A DNA stretch of 64,000 nucleotides, taken from assembly GCA_963729895.1 (NCBI GenBank), contig CAVSQB010000015.1, positions 1-64,000 on the forward strand, given 5' to 3'. The stretch comes from an uncultured Fibrobacterota bacterium. GTDB taxonomy: Bacteria; Fibrobacterota; Chitinivibrionia; Chitinivibrionales; FEN-1185. The notes under the pieces are model-generated. The model saw nothing but the letters and a program-made list of their open reading frames with translations, made no database searches and was not told the origin of the DNA. The translations under genes and the position numbers were made by a program. Below are positions 28,458 to 39,246 of this stretch, in pieces; the stretch's first letter is position 1, and each line of letters begins with the position of its first letter.

Positions 28458-31279
28458 TCAACGGACCACAACAACCCGCTGCGCGCACCACTCGCCTCCG
28501 TCAATGGAGTATCGCACAAGGTAAACGCCGTTGCCGCCGGCGCTGCCGGCGCAGCCGGCAAACCCTACAGAATGCCACCCTGCGGACTGCCGCAAGCCGA
28601 CGGTGCGCCCGACCATCTTCCCGTTGGTTCCCAGGACTTCGATGGAAACGTTCGCGGGCCTTCCCACGCAGTACCGCAACATGCCGCCCGCGGCGCTCAA
28701 AGCGAGGGTCTGTTTTGCAATTGCGCCTGCCCTCATCGCGGGCGCACGCACAAACACCTGGCCGGTGGAACAGGGATACGTGGTAAAGGTCGTGGTGCCC
28801 GAGCCAAGCCCCGGAGAGACAGCCGTTACCGTCACGATGCCCGGTGCGAATGTCGAGCGGACAGCCACCTTGCACATGCCGCCTTCGGCGGACAGCTCGG
28901 GATCAAGCGGCGAATGATAGTTGATGGGTTGGCCTGGGGTAACCAGCTGATCGCTCCCGCCCCGGTAGTTGCCGGGCCCCGAGACGCTGAACGTAACGAG
29001 ATTGCTTGCCGTGGGGCACCAGATTCCGTTGGCGTCAACTACGGTGGCCAGGATAAACGCGGCGTCAGTGCCGTTTGCCGTGATCAGAAACGTTTCGCCG
29101 TTCGGCTTCACGAGCGGCGGCTCAACGGTAAGAAGGATATGGTCCGGATTGCCCGCGGTCTTTTTCTCGTCGAAGCAGACCGTGTTTCCGTTTGCGTCAA
29201 GACCTTCGGCGCGAAGCGTCCCAGCCGCCCACGTCACGTTCCACGAGCACTGAAACGGCAGCTGGTTGGTGTTCTGGTCGGTCCCGTCGCCGGTCCCGGT
29301 CCATGGATTGGGCGTCTTGATGCCCTGGCTGGTTCCGTTGATAAGCAGGTTCACGCCCCCGGACAATTGCTGAATGCGTTGACCGTCACGTTGCCTGCGC
29401 GGTTCCAGTGGTGCGCAAGGGCAACGACGGGCTTCACCGAAAACGGCGTCCACGCGGCCTCGAGGGCATAGTACATGAGTTTGGGAATGCGGTTGAAGTC
29501 CATCATGGAGGACCCGAACGAGCGCACGTTTCCTTCGGCGGTGCCGTCAAGAAACGCTCCTGACTCACCGGGTGCTTCGCACAAATACCACTGGGACAGT
29601 CCGAAGCAGTTTGCCTGTCTCCCCATTCTCCAGTTCTGGAGATACGGTCCGGCAAAGGCTAGTTCGTAGTCGTATGCAAAACGCGACGAACGGGCGCCGC
29701 CCCACGCTTCCGCGCCCCAGCACGGGGTGTTCGGGAGGCCGCTTTTCATTGCTATTTCGCAACCGGACGAGGAACAGGAGATAATGTCCGCAATTGTCGG
29801 GTCCGCCTCGCTGCCTCCTCTGTCGGACTGCGCCCTTGTGTTGACCGAGTCCCACGTTTTTGAGATGGCCTTCAACTGGGCCGCAAACGTAGGGTCAATG
29901 GGGCCGTTGCTTACTTCCCACGCGAGAATGGAAGGATCGTTTCTGTCGCGGATGATCATGTCCCTGTGCAGCTGGCTCTTGTACGTTATCTTGGTGGCGT
30001 TCAACTGCGCCGTTGAAAACGTTCCTTCGAGCTCGCCGCTCGGCTGCACGAGCATCACGCCGAAGGCGTCGCATGCGTGCACGAATTCGGGGCTGCTGGA
30101 CGAATGGCCAGGCCTCCACATGTCGGCGCTGCAATCCGCGGCCAGCTTCACATCGCGCCACTGCTGTTCCTCGGGAACCGCGGTCCCCAGCGCCGGGTAG
30201 TCGTACCGTCCGGACACGCCCCACATATAATGCTGGTGACCGTTGATAGAGGGGAAGTTGTGGTCCCAGGTGATCACGCGGATGCCCAGCGGGCTGGAAA
30301 AGACGTCAACCGTGACTCCGCCCACCTTGACAATGTGGTACACTGTGTAAAGGTACGGCTGGCCGAACGTGCTGCCCGCAGGATACCACAAATGGGGATT
30401 CGTGATCGTGCAGTTGACATCAAACACTAGATTCGTGTCCGCGCCGACGGTCTGGGCGTTGTCCGACGTGAACACAACGGTCTGCGTGGCGTCGACAATC
30501 TTGGTGGTGACCGTCACCGCCTGGGCGGACGCGTTGTCGTTGCGCACGTTGGTCTGCACCTTGACAACCGCCGAAGCGTCGGAGGCCGACACCGTGGCGA
30601 CGTAGGTGCCCCACTGGTTCAAGACTGAATACACGTTGAGCGGCACATGGACCTTGTCGGTGATGTGCATCCACACGGGCCTGAACAGCCCGTAGTCGCC
30701 CTGCCCGAACCTGTAGTCGATGGAAAACCCCGGATAGACAAAGAAGCCACCGTTGCCGCTCATCCGCACCGCCAGGACATTATCGGTCCCGCCGAATTGC
30801 ACATAGGGAGTAATGTCCACCACAAACCCGATGAACCCCACCACGTGCGTTGCATTGGGGTTCAGACCGTCGTTGCCCGGAAGAAACGTGCCGTTGATAT
30901 ACACCGCCGCGCCGAGATGAGCGCCCTCGATTTCGACAAACACCTTTCTGCCCGCATACATGTTGTCGATGGTGAAATGCTTCCGGTACCAGGAAACCCC
31001 CGCATACATGGAGCCTGTTGCGCCTCCGCCCATCTGATTATTGAACGACTCGGTGTCGCTCTAGGTGTGCGGAATACCCACCGTGCTCCACGCCGCATCG
31101 CTGGTGGCCGGGACCTGCGCATTGTTGATGTCTCCCTTTGTGAACTTCCACGGAGTTGCCCCCAGGTTGATCTTCATCCTGTTGCTCGGCTCCGGCGTGT
31201 ACGTTTCCGCAAAACACGCGGCTGCGGCCGCACACGCAAGCGCAACAAGAGCCGCTGCCGACATTCTTTTGAAGAACAT
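28458..31279 (-). pseudogene. Secreted GH2 beta-galactosidase-like protein, broken by an in-frame TAG and one frameshift (true pseudogene or read errors)
   Basis: Signal peptide MFFKRM, then GIPHT-TAG(31061-31063)-SDTES, WYRKHF, PHLW and RDRNDPSILAWE. Deleting one base in the run at 29356-29360 restores FSNCPGVNLLING. T9SS-like tail. Confidence 0.85.
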
Positions 31280-31833
31280 GTTTCCCTCCCCTTTATTGTT
31301 TTCTTTTTGCACACCAGCAGGCGTGAGCGATAAGTCTCCATCCGGATCAGCACAAGTGCACGGACCCGTGACCTTGTCACAAAATATAATGAATAAGGGA
31401 AGGGTTGTGGTCTGCACGGGTAAACAATGTTCACGCCAGTGAACGGAAAGGAGAAGCTAAAAGACGCTCTTGAGGCAGATGCGCAATCAACCCGTGAAAA
31501 TTTCCGGCGGCAAACTACTGGAACGAGGTGCGTCCGAAAGCCGGTCGTTGGGCAAAGCCGCATCGAGTTTCGCTTTTTGCAAATGGCCGTTTATATATTG
31601 AGATGAAAGGCGCCGTGCTCAAGGAGCGTTTCACCGGTCGTAATCGCGGTCTTCGCAGCTTGCTGCGAGGTTCTTCAATCCCGGGCCGCCTGGCGCAATT
31701 TGGGATCAAAAGACGGTAACCGGTTGGGCCATTCATTCGTCAAATAAAGTGACGCTACGAAAGCAAACTTCTGCGACTGAAAGCGGAAAATGTCCTTTCA
31801 ACGATGCCCATATACTTGAAAATGGAGGTGCGT

Positions 31834-32385
31834 ATGATGTCACGAATTCCTTACAGAATCGCGGCGGTCCTTGCTGTCCTGGCAGGTATCCCCCTCATTG
31901 CCTTTGCCGGCGAAGAGATGTTTGAAGGGCTCAAGATCACCGTGGATAACAGCGGTCACATTACTTCGATGGCGGTCAGCAATCCGGGCACGTCTCTAAA
32001 CATCGAATCGGAGTTTCTCTTTTCGCTCTCCCCGGAGGGAAATCCCACAAGCGGCAAAATAACCTTTAGGGACAACGTCCAGCGTCCTATGAAGGAAGGC
32101 GAACTGACATTCTGTTTTCAACAATACGGCGCCCAAACCGCTGTGTGGGACTACTATTCACAACATGGGAAAGCAACTTCGTTCGTGATTGGAACCGACA
32201 AGGTTCCGGATGAAGCCTATGGAAAGATATCCAGGCTCACTCTTACTAGTGGAAAACAGTTCATCGGAAGGCTTGGCAAACTCAGCGACAAACCTGACGG
32301 CTTTTCGCTTGCCATAGATGGAGCAAGCGGAGGTCCGATTCAATTCTACAACGGCGTTGTCAAAGAGATACAGCAGATGAAGTGA
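31834..32385 (+). CDS. Hypothetical secreted protein
   Basis: GGAGG RBS and signal peptide ending AFA. No family recognised. Confidence 0.7.
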   Translation: MMSRIPYRIAAVLAVLAGIPLIAFAGEEMFEGLKITVDNSGHITSMAVSNPGTSLNIESEFLFSLSPEGNPTSGKITFRDNVQRPMKEGELTFCFQQYGAQTAVWDYYSQHGKATSFVIGTDKVPDEAYGKISRLTLTSGKQFIGRLGKLSDKPDGFSLAIDGASGGPIQFYNGVVKEIQQMK

Positions 32386-32516
32386 AGCGCCTTTCCGACC
32401 TCTTTGGTGCACACGGTCGCCCGGGGACGAATGGTGCTCAAAGCGCAAGCGCCCCCCCGTGATTCGAAAGGCATGCAATCTTCCATCGGAGCTACGCGCG
32501 AATCGCCATTCGTTGA

Positions 32517-32831
32517 TTACGGAAGTCGGTTCTTCAATTTCTTGGCCGCCTGCAAAAAGAGCCGCAACCCTGTCTTCCCCCATTGCGCCAGGGACGCAAA
32601 GAGTAACCCCACAAAACCCGCGCTTGCGCTTCCCACCGGACAACCTTGCTTGCCGCAAAAGGGGCAGACCGCGCCCATGGCGAAAAGTCCGCTAAAACCA
32701 ACGAACCAGCCTGCAAACCGAAGCAGGAGTACGATTGGCGGTCTATTCCGCGAGATTCTTGTTTTACCGTCGCACTCCACTGCGGGGTGCGAAGCGTGAA
32801 TGTTTGCAGATGATAATCGACGGTCGGCCAT
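32517..32831 (-). CDS. Small 2-TM membrane protein with CPFCGKQGC motif
   Basis: AAGGA RBS, 9 nt after the permease stop. Two hydrophobic helices flank a 3-Cys loop. Confidence 0.7.
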   Translation of the reverse strand: MADRRLSSANIHASHPAVECDGKTRISRNRPPIVLLLRFAGWFVGFSGLFAMGAVCPFCGKQGCPVGSASAGFVGLLFASLAQWGKTGLRLFLQAAKKLKNRLP

Positions 32832-32840
32832 GGAGTTCCT

Positions 32841-33782
32841 TCACGGTATCGAAGGTGACGAAATTTCCCCGCCCTCATTATTGCGATCCAGGCCCAAACG
32901 CTTTCCCGACGCCAATCCCGCGATTTTTGCGACAGCCCAGGCACTGCCGTAGATAGCCCCAAGCAACACCACGTCCGCAGGGCCAACGGGAAAGTCCCAT
33001 TTGTAAGCAATCCAAAAACCGACAAGCGACGCAATGCCTCCCAAAAACGATGCAAACAGGAAGAATTGCCGCATGGTACGCGCAAAAAGATGCGCAGCAA
33101 GCGCCGGTATCAATAAGAATCCAAAGGAAATGAGCGGTCCGACACTAAGCACTGCCATGGAAACGGTGAGGCCAAGCAACAGGTACAAGAGAATATCCCA
33201 GAACACGACGTTTTTGCCCAAGGTCACGGCCATGACACGGTCGAAGGAGACAAGAAACAATTCCTTGTGAAACAGCGCAAGCACCGCCAGTACCAGGGCC
33301 AAGGTAAGTGCGGTAAATGCGAGATCGAAATTGGAAATGGTGATCACCTCGCCTTTAAGCAAATCGAGCCAGCCCAGCTCCGCAAAACGGTTCTTGGAAA
33401 GGATCAGGATGCTGAGCGCAGCCGAAACAACGTATGCGGTGCCGAGCCGGCCCTCCGGCAAACCGCGGCCCCGCCTTTCCAGAAACGCAAGCGCCAGAAT
33501 TGCGGCAAGGGTAAGAACTATGGAACCGGCAAAGGCCACCGTATGATCGTTTTGCGTACTGCGGGAGGCTTGACTTACTCCAAACCAGAGCGGAGCGGAC
33601 AGGGCAACTGCCACGCCCGTCGACGAAATCTGCGGCAAAGCCACGCCCAAAAACACCAACCGCCGCAGCACAAGAAAAGCGCCCACCAGCGGACACGCAA
33701 AGCCCACCAGGATACTCGTGTAAATCGAATTTCGTAAAAGAAAATCGGGAGATAGAATCTGCAACAGCGTTTCCATATTCAA
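32841..33782 (-). CDS. Metal ABC transporter permease (ZnuB/MntB, ABC-3 family)
   Basis: GAFLVLRR, KELFLVSFD, VGPLISFGFLLIPA and DFPVGP motifs, multiple TM helices. Confidence 0.92.
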   Translation of the reverse strand: MNMETLLQILSPDFLLRNSIYTSILVGFACPLVGAFLVLRRLVFLGVALPQISSTGVAVALSAPLWFGVSQASRSTQNDHTVAFAGSIVLTLAAILALAFLERRGRGLPEGRLGTAYVVSAALSILILSKNRFAELGWLDLLKGEVITISNFDLAFTALTLALVLAVLALFHKELFLVSFDRVMAVTLGKNVVFWDILLYLLLGLTVSMAVLSVGPLISFGFLLIPALAAHLFARTMRQFFLFASFLGGIASLVGFWIAYKWDFPVGPADVVLLGAIYGSAWAVAKIAGLASGKRLGLDRNNEGGEISSPSIP

Positions 33783-34495
33783 CCCACTTCCATTTCGAAA
33801 ATCGACGCCAGGCGTTCCGGCATAAGCATTTCGGATGCCGGACCATGTATTACCCTCCCTTGATGCAGCCAGATAACATGCTGGGCATGCTCACGGACAA
33901 TCGGCAAATCGTGCGTCACCAACAGTACCGTAATTTCCTTTTCCCGGTGAAGCTTGGAAATAAATTCAAGAACTGCGCGAGTCGCCGCCGCATCAACGCC
34001 CGCGGTCGGCTCGTCGAGCACAAGAACGTCCGGTCTGGTGACAAGTGCGCGGGCAATAAGAACACGCTGCTTTTGTCCGCCCGAAAGCTCGGCAAACCGC
34101 GCTCGCGCAAAGGTCTGGGCTCCTGCCGCCTCCAGGCACTCGTGAGTGAAGGCGCGTTCCTTGGCAGATACGAACCGGCCGGGCCTGATGCGTCCGTAGG
34201 CGCCCATGAGCGCGACGTCGAAGCCGGTGAAAGGGTAGAGCGAATCGAGAGCGTTGGATTGCGGCACATAACCGAAAATCATCGGCACGCCCGGGTCCGC
34301 CGCCACCGTGATGCGCCCGGCCACCGGCGGAATCAAGCCGATGATCGTTTTGAGCATAGTTGATTTACCGGAACCGTTGGAACCGAGAATCGCGGTAAAA
34401 CTTCCCCGGTTGATGGACAGGGAAATGTCGGTAAGCACGGGCTTGCCGTGGTAGCCGATGCTCAGGTGCTCAAACGTAAGTAGTGCCGAATCCAT
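33779..34495 (-). CDS. Metal ABC transporter ATP-binding protein (ZnuC/MntA-like)
   Basis: GSNGSGKST, GYVPQ, LSGGQKQR, LDEPTAGVD and VTHD motifs. Confidence 0.95.
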   Translation of the reverse strand: MDSALLTFEHLSIGYHGKPVLTDISLSINRGSFTAILGSNGSGKSTMLKTIIGLIPPVAGRITVAADPGVPMIFGYVPQSNALDSLYPFTGFDVALMGAYGRIRPGRFVSAKERAFTHECLEAAGAQTFARARFAELSGGQKQRVLIARALVTRPDVLVLDEPTAGVDAAATRAVLEFISKLHREKEITVLLVTHDLPIVREHAQHVIWLHQGRVIHGPASEMLMPERLASIFEMEVG

Positions 34496-34538
34496 GGGCG
34501 GTATCACGCTCCTTTCACGACGCATCCGGTTACGCGGC

Positions 34539-36557
34539 TTATTGACCCGACTTCACACTCTTCGGGACCGTGACGGTCTTTACATCCACCATAATTGAGT
34601 CAAGCTTCTTTTCGATCGTTTCTCTGACGTCCTTTTGACAGCGCCCACCCAGGTTTGCCGCAAAAAACTTCTCCATTGCCGTGTACATGGCAATCCGGTT
34701 CTCAAGGCCCTTGTACCCGTGCCCTTCATCAGGCGCCACCATGTAGTGAACGTTCCTTCCAAGATCGCGCAAGGCAGCCACGATTTGATCGGACTCGACC
34801 TTCTTTACACGTGGATCGTTGGCGCCCTGTACCACGAAAAGCGGCGCTTTGATATTCTGTGCGGAAAAAAGCGGCGACTGCGCCTCCAGCATTTTCCGGT
34901 CGGCGGGATTATCTTTATCACCCACTCGTATCGCAAACGTTTTCTTCATCGGCTCCCAGTAGGGCGGGATGGAATTCAAGAGCGTAATGATATTCGACGG
35001 ACCCACAATATCAAATCCCGCTGCGTACAAATCGGGAGTAAAGGCCAGCCCCGCAAGCGTGGCGAACCCGCCGTACGATCCGCCCGAGATGGCCACTTTT
35101 TTGGGGTCTGCAATTCCTTGCTTAACAATAAAATCAACGCCGTCGGTGATGTCGTTCTGCATCGATCCCGTGCCCCATTGTTTATTCCCGGCATTGAGGA
35201 ATTTCTTGCCGAACCCCGTGGATCCTCTATAGTTTGGTTGAAGAACCGCATATCCCCGATTGGCGAGGAATTGCGCAACCGGATCGTATCCCCATTCGTC
35301 GCGCGCCCACGGACCGCCGTGGATAAACAAGACCGTGGGAAGCTTTTTTGCCGGAATTCCCTTCGGCAGGGTGAGATAAGCAGGAATGATCATGCCGTCG
35401 CGCGCCTTGTAACGAATCGGCTTCATCTGAACGAGTTTATCCGACGGAAGATCGGGCCTGTAAGCGTACAGAAATTCGGCCGCGCCGGTTGTTCTGTCGA
35501 AAATGTAAACCAAACCCGGGTTCACATCGCTGGTGACCGCCGCCACCCAGGTTTGCTCATCGATCGTCGTCGAAATAATGTGCAGTTCCCCGTGAGGCAG
35601 CGCCTTTTGCAAACGAGCATAATCGTCTGCGAACCGTTTCTGCTTGGGATAGATTCGAAGGGTGTCGCCGAGATAGTACGTTGCCAGCATTTCATTGGTG
35701 ACATCGGAGAAAAGGGCGTCACCAAAGTCAACCTGGTTTTCCGGGTCCTTTTCAACAAACGTCGCGATACCTGTTTTCAGGTCGTACAAATCGAGCTGGC
35801 TCAGGTCCAATTCTTTGCCTTTGTTCGTTTCGAAATAAAAGCCGTTGCAATCGGGCGTGAATCGGATCGGATTGACGGTTTCGTCGGGGCCCACCGAGTA
35901 GATCGGACGGAGTTTTTCTCCATCGATAGCAAGAACTTCGGTCCCGCCGTCGCCCGTTTGGCGAATGCCGAGCCGCAGGTCCCCGTTCAGGTCGGTTACC
36001 CACCCGGCCACGTTCTGGGTGTTCTTCCAAAGCAACTTCCGTTCTCCGGTCGTCAAGTTCAAACGGTACACGTCGTGAAGCGCCGGATCGCGGTCGTTGA
36101 GGCCGATGAGTATCTCGTTGGGGGTGTTGCGGGGGACGTCGTATATCATCGCCCGCACTTTGTTCAGCGGCGTCAGGTCTTTTGCCGGAGGAACCGGAGT
36201 TCCCGCGGCGCGCGGGTCCACTTCGTAAATGCGAAAATTTTCGTCACCGCCCTTGTCCTGCGCGTACAGCACGTACCGGCCGTCGCGCGACCAGAAGTAA
36301 CCGGTGATAGGCCGGAGACTGTCGGCGGTCAAGGGCCGCGCCTGATCGAACTTCTGCGATCTTCCCTTGATCCAGATGTTCCGCACGTTTTTGAACGGCC
36401 TCAGAAACGTAATAAACGAACCGTCAGGCGAAATCTGCGCCCCTGAAATCTGCGGGTCGCCGAAAAAAACCTCGCGGTCGATCAGAGGCGGCAGAGCCGC
36501 GAAACAGTTTGCAAACAGGACGGTGCACAAACCGATTCCCGCAACAATGGATTTCAT
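34539..36557 (-). CDS. Secreted S9-family peptidase (dipeptidyl/acylaminoacyl peptidase)
   Basis: Signal peptide, beta-propeller region, HGGPW, NYRGSTGFG, GGSYGG (Ser), QGANDPRV (Asp) and DEGHG (His). Confidence 0.95.
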   Translation of the reverse strand: MKSIVAGIGLCTVLFANCFAALPPLIDREVFFGDPQISGAQISPDGSFITFLRPFKNVRNIWIKGRSQKFDQARPLTADSLRPITGYFWSRDGRYVLYAQDKGGDENFRIYEVDPRAAGTPVPPAKDLTPLNKVRAMIYDVPRNTPNEILIGLNDRDPALHDVYRLNLTTGERKLLWKNTQNVAGWVTDLNGDLRLGIRQTGDGGTEVLAIDGEKLRPIYSVGPDETVNPIRFTPDCNGFYFETNKGKELDLSQLDLYDLKTGIATFVEKDPENQVDFGDALFSDVTNEMLATYYLGDTLRIYPKQKRFADDYARLQKALPHGELHIISTTIDEQTWVAAVTSDVNPGLVYIFDRTTGAAEFLYAYRPDLPSDKLVQMKPIRYKARDGMIIPAYLTLPKGIPAKKLPTVLFIHGGPWARDEWGYDPVAQFLANRGYAVLQPNYRGSTGFGKKFLNAGNKQWGTGSMQNDITDGVDFIVKQGIADPKKVAISGGSYGGFATLAGLAFTPDLYAAGFDIVGPSNIITLLNSIPPYWEPMKKTFAIRVGDKDNPADRKMLEAQSPLFSAQNIKAPLFVVQGANDPRVKKVESDQIVAALRDLGRNVHYMVAPDEGHGYKGLENRIAMYTAMEKFFAANLGGRCQKDVRETIEKKLDSIMVDVKTVTVPKSVKSGQ

Positions 36558-36664
36558 CGCTCCTCCCCTTTCGTGTCGGCTAGAAAAACCTTGGCAACCG
36601 TTGCGCAACCCGCGAACAGGCCGACCCCGTTCCGATAAAAGGCCGGCCTGATCGGTAGTATCGC

Positions 36665-37594
36665 CTATTTCACCTGAACCGCGGTTTGTAAGGCGTCTAC
36701 AATATAATCCATCATCTCAATATACGTGTCGGTGTGAGCGACGCCCCCCGGCATGATCGGCAGAGTGACCAGCGTAGCGCCGACTTTCTCTGCAATCAGT
36801 TTGGGAACTTTTTCCGGGAATTGCGGTTCGCGCACGACAATGGGCACATGGTCGGCTTTCATCATCGAGATCAACTCCTCGATATGCCGGGGAGTCGGAT
36901 CAATTCCCGGCTTGAGCTCTATAGTGCCCACATATCGCAGACCGAAACGATCTGCAAAATAAGGCCAGTGCTCGTGATAGGATACGAACTGAATGCCTTT
37001 CAGCGGCTTCATTTTTTCCCGCCACTCCGCAATCTTGGCATCGAGCCTGGCCAGGTATGCATCGCGGTTGCTCGTGAAGTCCGCCTGATCCTTGGGATCA
37101 ATTGCCGCAAGGGCCTCGCAGATTTCCGAAACAGCCGTCTTCGCAAGAACGGGATCAAGCATGTAATGCGGGTTTCCGTAGGGATGCACGTCGCCGCCCG
37201 AGTGGTCGGTAGTCTTGGGCACGTCCACCGGAATGATATTTCTTGCGCAATCAACATAGCCCTGGTGACCAACCTGTATCCGGGGATTCTTGCTCGCCTC
37301 CAAAAGCGCAGGCAAAAAGGCGTGCTCGCAATCGAAACCGACGAGCACTACAAGGTCCGCCCTGTTAAGCAGCGGCACGAAACTGGGCTTCATGGGAACA
37401 CCGTGCGTGTCTTCGACGCCCGTGGCAAGACTGTGAACATCAACATGGTCTTTCCCTACTTCGCGCGTAAAGTCCGCCAGATCGGTGAGCGTTGTCACGA
37501 CGCGAATTTGAGAGGCATGTGCAGGCAACGCTCCTGCGAGCAAGGCTGCAACGACGGGAAAAATGGTTCTGAGCCGACGGAATCTGTTATTCAT
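36665..37594 (-). CDS. Metal ABC transporter substrate-binding protein (ZnuA/TroA family)
   Basis: VVTT, EDTH, DVHPYGNPHYMLDP, YHEHWPYF and KPGIDPTPRH motifs. Confidence 0.93.
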   Translation of the reverse strand: MNNRFRRLRTIFPVVAALLAGALPAHASQIRVVTTLTDLADFTREVGKDHVDVHSLATGVEDTHGVPMKPSFVPLLNRADLVVLVGFDCEHAFLPALLEASKNPRIQVGHQGYVDCARNIIPVDVPKTTDHSGGDVHPYGNPHYMLDPVLAKTAVSEICEALAAIDPKDQADFTSNRDAYLARLDAKIAEWREKMKPLKGIQFVSYHEHWPYFADRFGLRYVGTIELKPGIDPTPRHIEELISMMKADHVPIVVREPQFPEKVPKLIAEKVGATLVTLPIMPGGVAHTDTYIEMMDYIVDALQTAVQVK

Positions 37595-37696
37595 GCGTGT
37601 ATTCCTTCCCTGTAGAAATCATGGTGATCATTCTGATCCTGTAAATCATGGTCTGGCATTTTGAACTGACTTTTCCCATAATTCCGGGAATCCTTT

Positions 37697-39085
37697 TCAA
37701 CGTTGCTGCCAACCGTGGGAATGCGAACCGATGATCCAGGACCATTGCAGGTATATCGCATCGTCATTTGCCAAGTCGAGCACGTGATTGCTTTCGGTGT
37801 GAGTGTACTGAAGCCGCAGTTGGTTCCAATGGCTTAGCGCCCAGGTAATGTACGGTGAATACTGGGCCGTTTGGTCCCGCGCGTTCTGATTGTTTTGCAC
37901 CCATTCGTACAAGAATCCCGCCGACCACTCACGGCTGAACTTGTAGGTCACATAAGAATAGGCGCCCCATGCTCCGACCGAGGTATCGCCCGGACTTCCG
38001 TGTGCGGCAATGCTGTCGCGATACATGTTGTCGCTGTAGAGCGCTTCGGTGCCCCATGTCAAGCTTTGAAACTGATTGTTGCGCAGGGGCACCCACTTGA
38101 GAGATAGATCCGCCCCGGCAAGGCGTCGTTTTTTTTCCGTAAGCGTGCTGCCGTCCGGTTGCGCGAGCACGCCACCCCGGTCCTCGGTTCTCGGGTTATA
38201 GAGACCCGAAACACCCATTTCCGCCTGCCAATCCGGCGACAAATCGAAATAGGTGGACAGCCGTCCCCAGTAGTTCAGCTCATCAAATTGCCGGATATCG
38301 CCGGGATTGCTCGGCGGGATGTCGCCCCCAAAGCCGTCGCCCGCGCCCGCCGTCAGACTCACATACTGCGGAAGCGGCACCAGCCAGTTGAGCTGAAACC
38401 CGTCGCTCCTGGATTCTCCCCCGATGTATTCGTCCAGCGCGAGCGGCCTGTTAACAAATGGCAACTCGTGATCGTGGATGTATCCCAGCCGTCCGAACTC
38501 GCCGAAAAACCGTCCCGCCTTAAGCTCAAGATTCAACGGAAGCGAGTTGGTTTGCAGCGCGGCCTCTTCGACGCCCATAGCGGCCTCACCGGTTACGGGG
38601 TCGGCCGAAGCATTGACCACGGCATAGCCTTTTGCAAAGGGATCCACCGATGCCGCGACGTTGAGCTCCACCGATCGCGCATTCACATCGATACCGCCCG
38701 GACGGTCGCTGCCGGTTTCGACCATACCTTTCGTACGGTACGACGTAACAACTTCTCCCACCAAGCCAATAGATGGATTGAATTCGTTCGGTTTCGACTG
38801 CTTCTGCGCCTCGGAAATCGAGTTGACTTTTTCATTCAATTCCTGGATCTTTTCCTCCAAATCCTGAACGGTTTTCCGCTCATTCGCGGAAGCCTCCGGG
38901 AGCGCGGCCTTTGTTTCCGCCGTGTCCGAAGCAGACGTTTCCATTTTCAAATCGTTCACGTGCCGCTGCAATAGTTGCATCTGATACCTGAGCGAGTCCA
39001 AAGGCGGCTCGCCCTTCTGGGCAAAACTGTCGCGTGATGCCGCAACAATCACGAGGCACCACCACAACGATAGGAATATCTTCAT
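37697..39085 (-). CDS. Outer-membrane beta-barrel, putative metal uptake porin/receptor
   Basis: Signal peptide, coiled coil, FNPSIG, SVDPF, KAGRF..FGRL..IHDH, alternating beta-strands and a C-terminal IGSHSH. Confidence 0.8.
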   Translation of the reverse strand: MKIFLSLWWCLVIVAASRDSFAQKGEPPLDSLRYQMQLLQRHVNDLKMETSASDTAETKAALPEASANERKTVQDLEEKIQELNEKVNSISEAQKQSKPNEFNPSIGLVGEVVTSYRTKGMVETGSDRPGGIDVNARSVELNVAASVDPFAKGYAVVNASADPVTGEAAMGVEEAALQTNSLPLNLELKAGRFFGEFGRLGYIHDHELPFVNRPLALDEYIGGESRSDGFQLNWLVPLPQYVSLTAGAGDGFGGDIPPSNPGDIRQFDELNYWGRLSTYFDLSPDWQAEMGVSGLYNPRTEDRGGVLAQPDGSTLTEKKRRLAGADLSLKWVPLRNNQFQSLTWGTEALYSDNMYRDSIAAHGSPGDTSVGAWGAYSYVTYKFSREWSAGFLYEWVQNNQNARDQTAQYSPYITWALSHWNQLRLQYTHTESNHVLDLANDDAIYLQWSWIIGSHSHGWQQR

Positions 39086-39246
39086 TTTTTCTCCCTTGTC
39101 AGAAGGTAACCCCGTGCCTGAACGCGCCGATTATTGCAGGTATCAACGGTTGCAGGCAAAAGAATCTGCTGAATCGTAAAAGAAGCGCGCCTCCGAGAAA
39201 CCCGCTATCATTCCACGGCTTTCGGTGCTGTAATAACGAGAAGCTT

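Noticed and set aside
31061..31063. Pyrrolysine or amber recoding
   Set aside because: The only tRNA is Ser(CGA), there are no pyl genes, TAG acts as a normal stop elsewhere, and the same gene also has a frameshift.
31508..31565. c-di-GMP-I riboswitch-like words GGCAAAC...GAAA...GCAAAGCC
   Set aside because: The spacing is too long, and the P2 pairing and downstream P3 are unconvincing. A cmscan search would settle it.
37610..37653. Short direct repeat TGTA(G)AAATCATGGT twice
   Set aside because: Only two short copies with no spacer periodicity, so not a CRISPR array and no supportable function.
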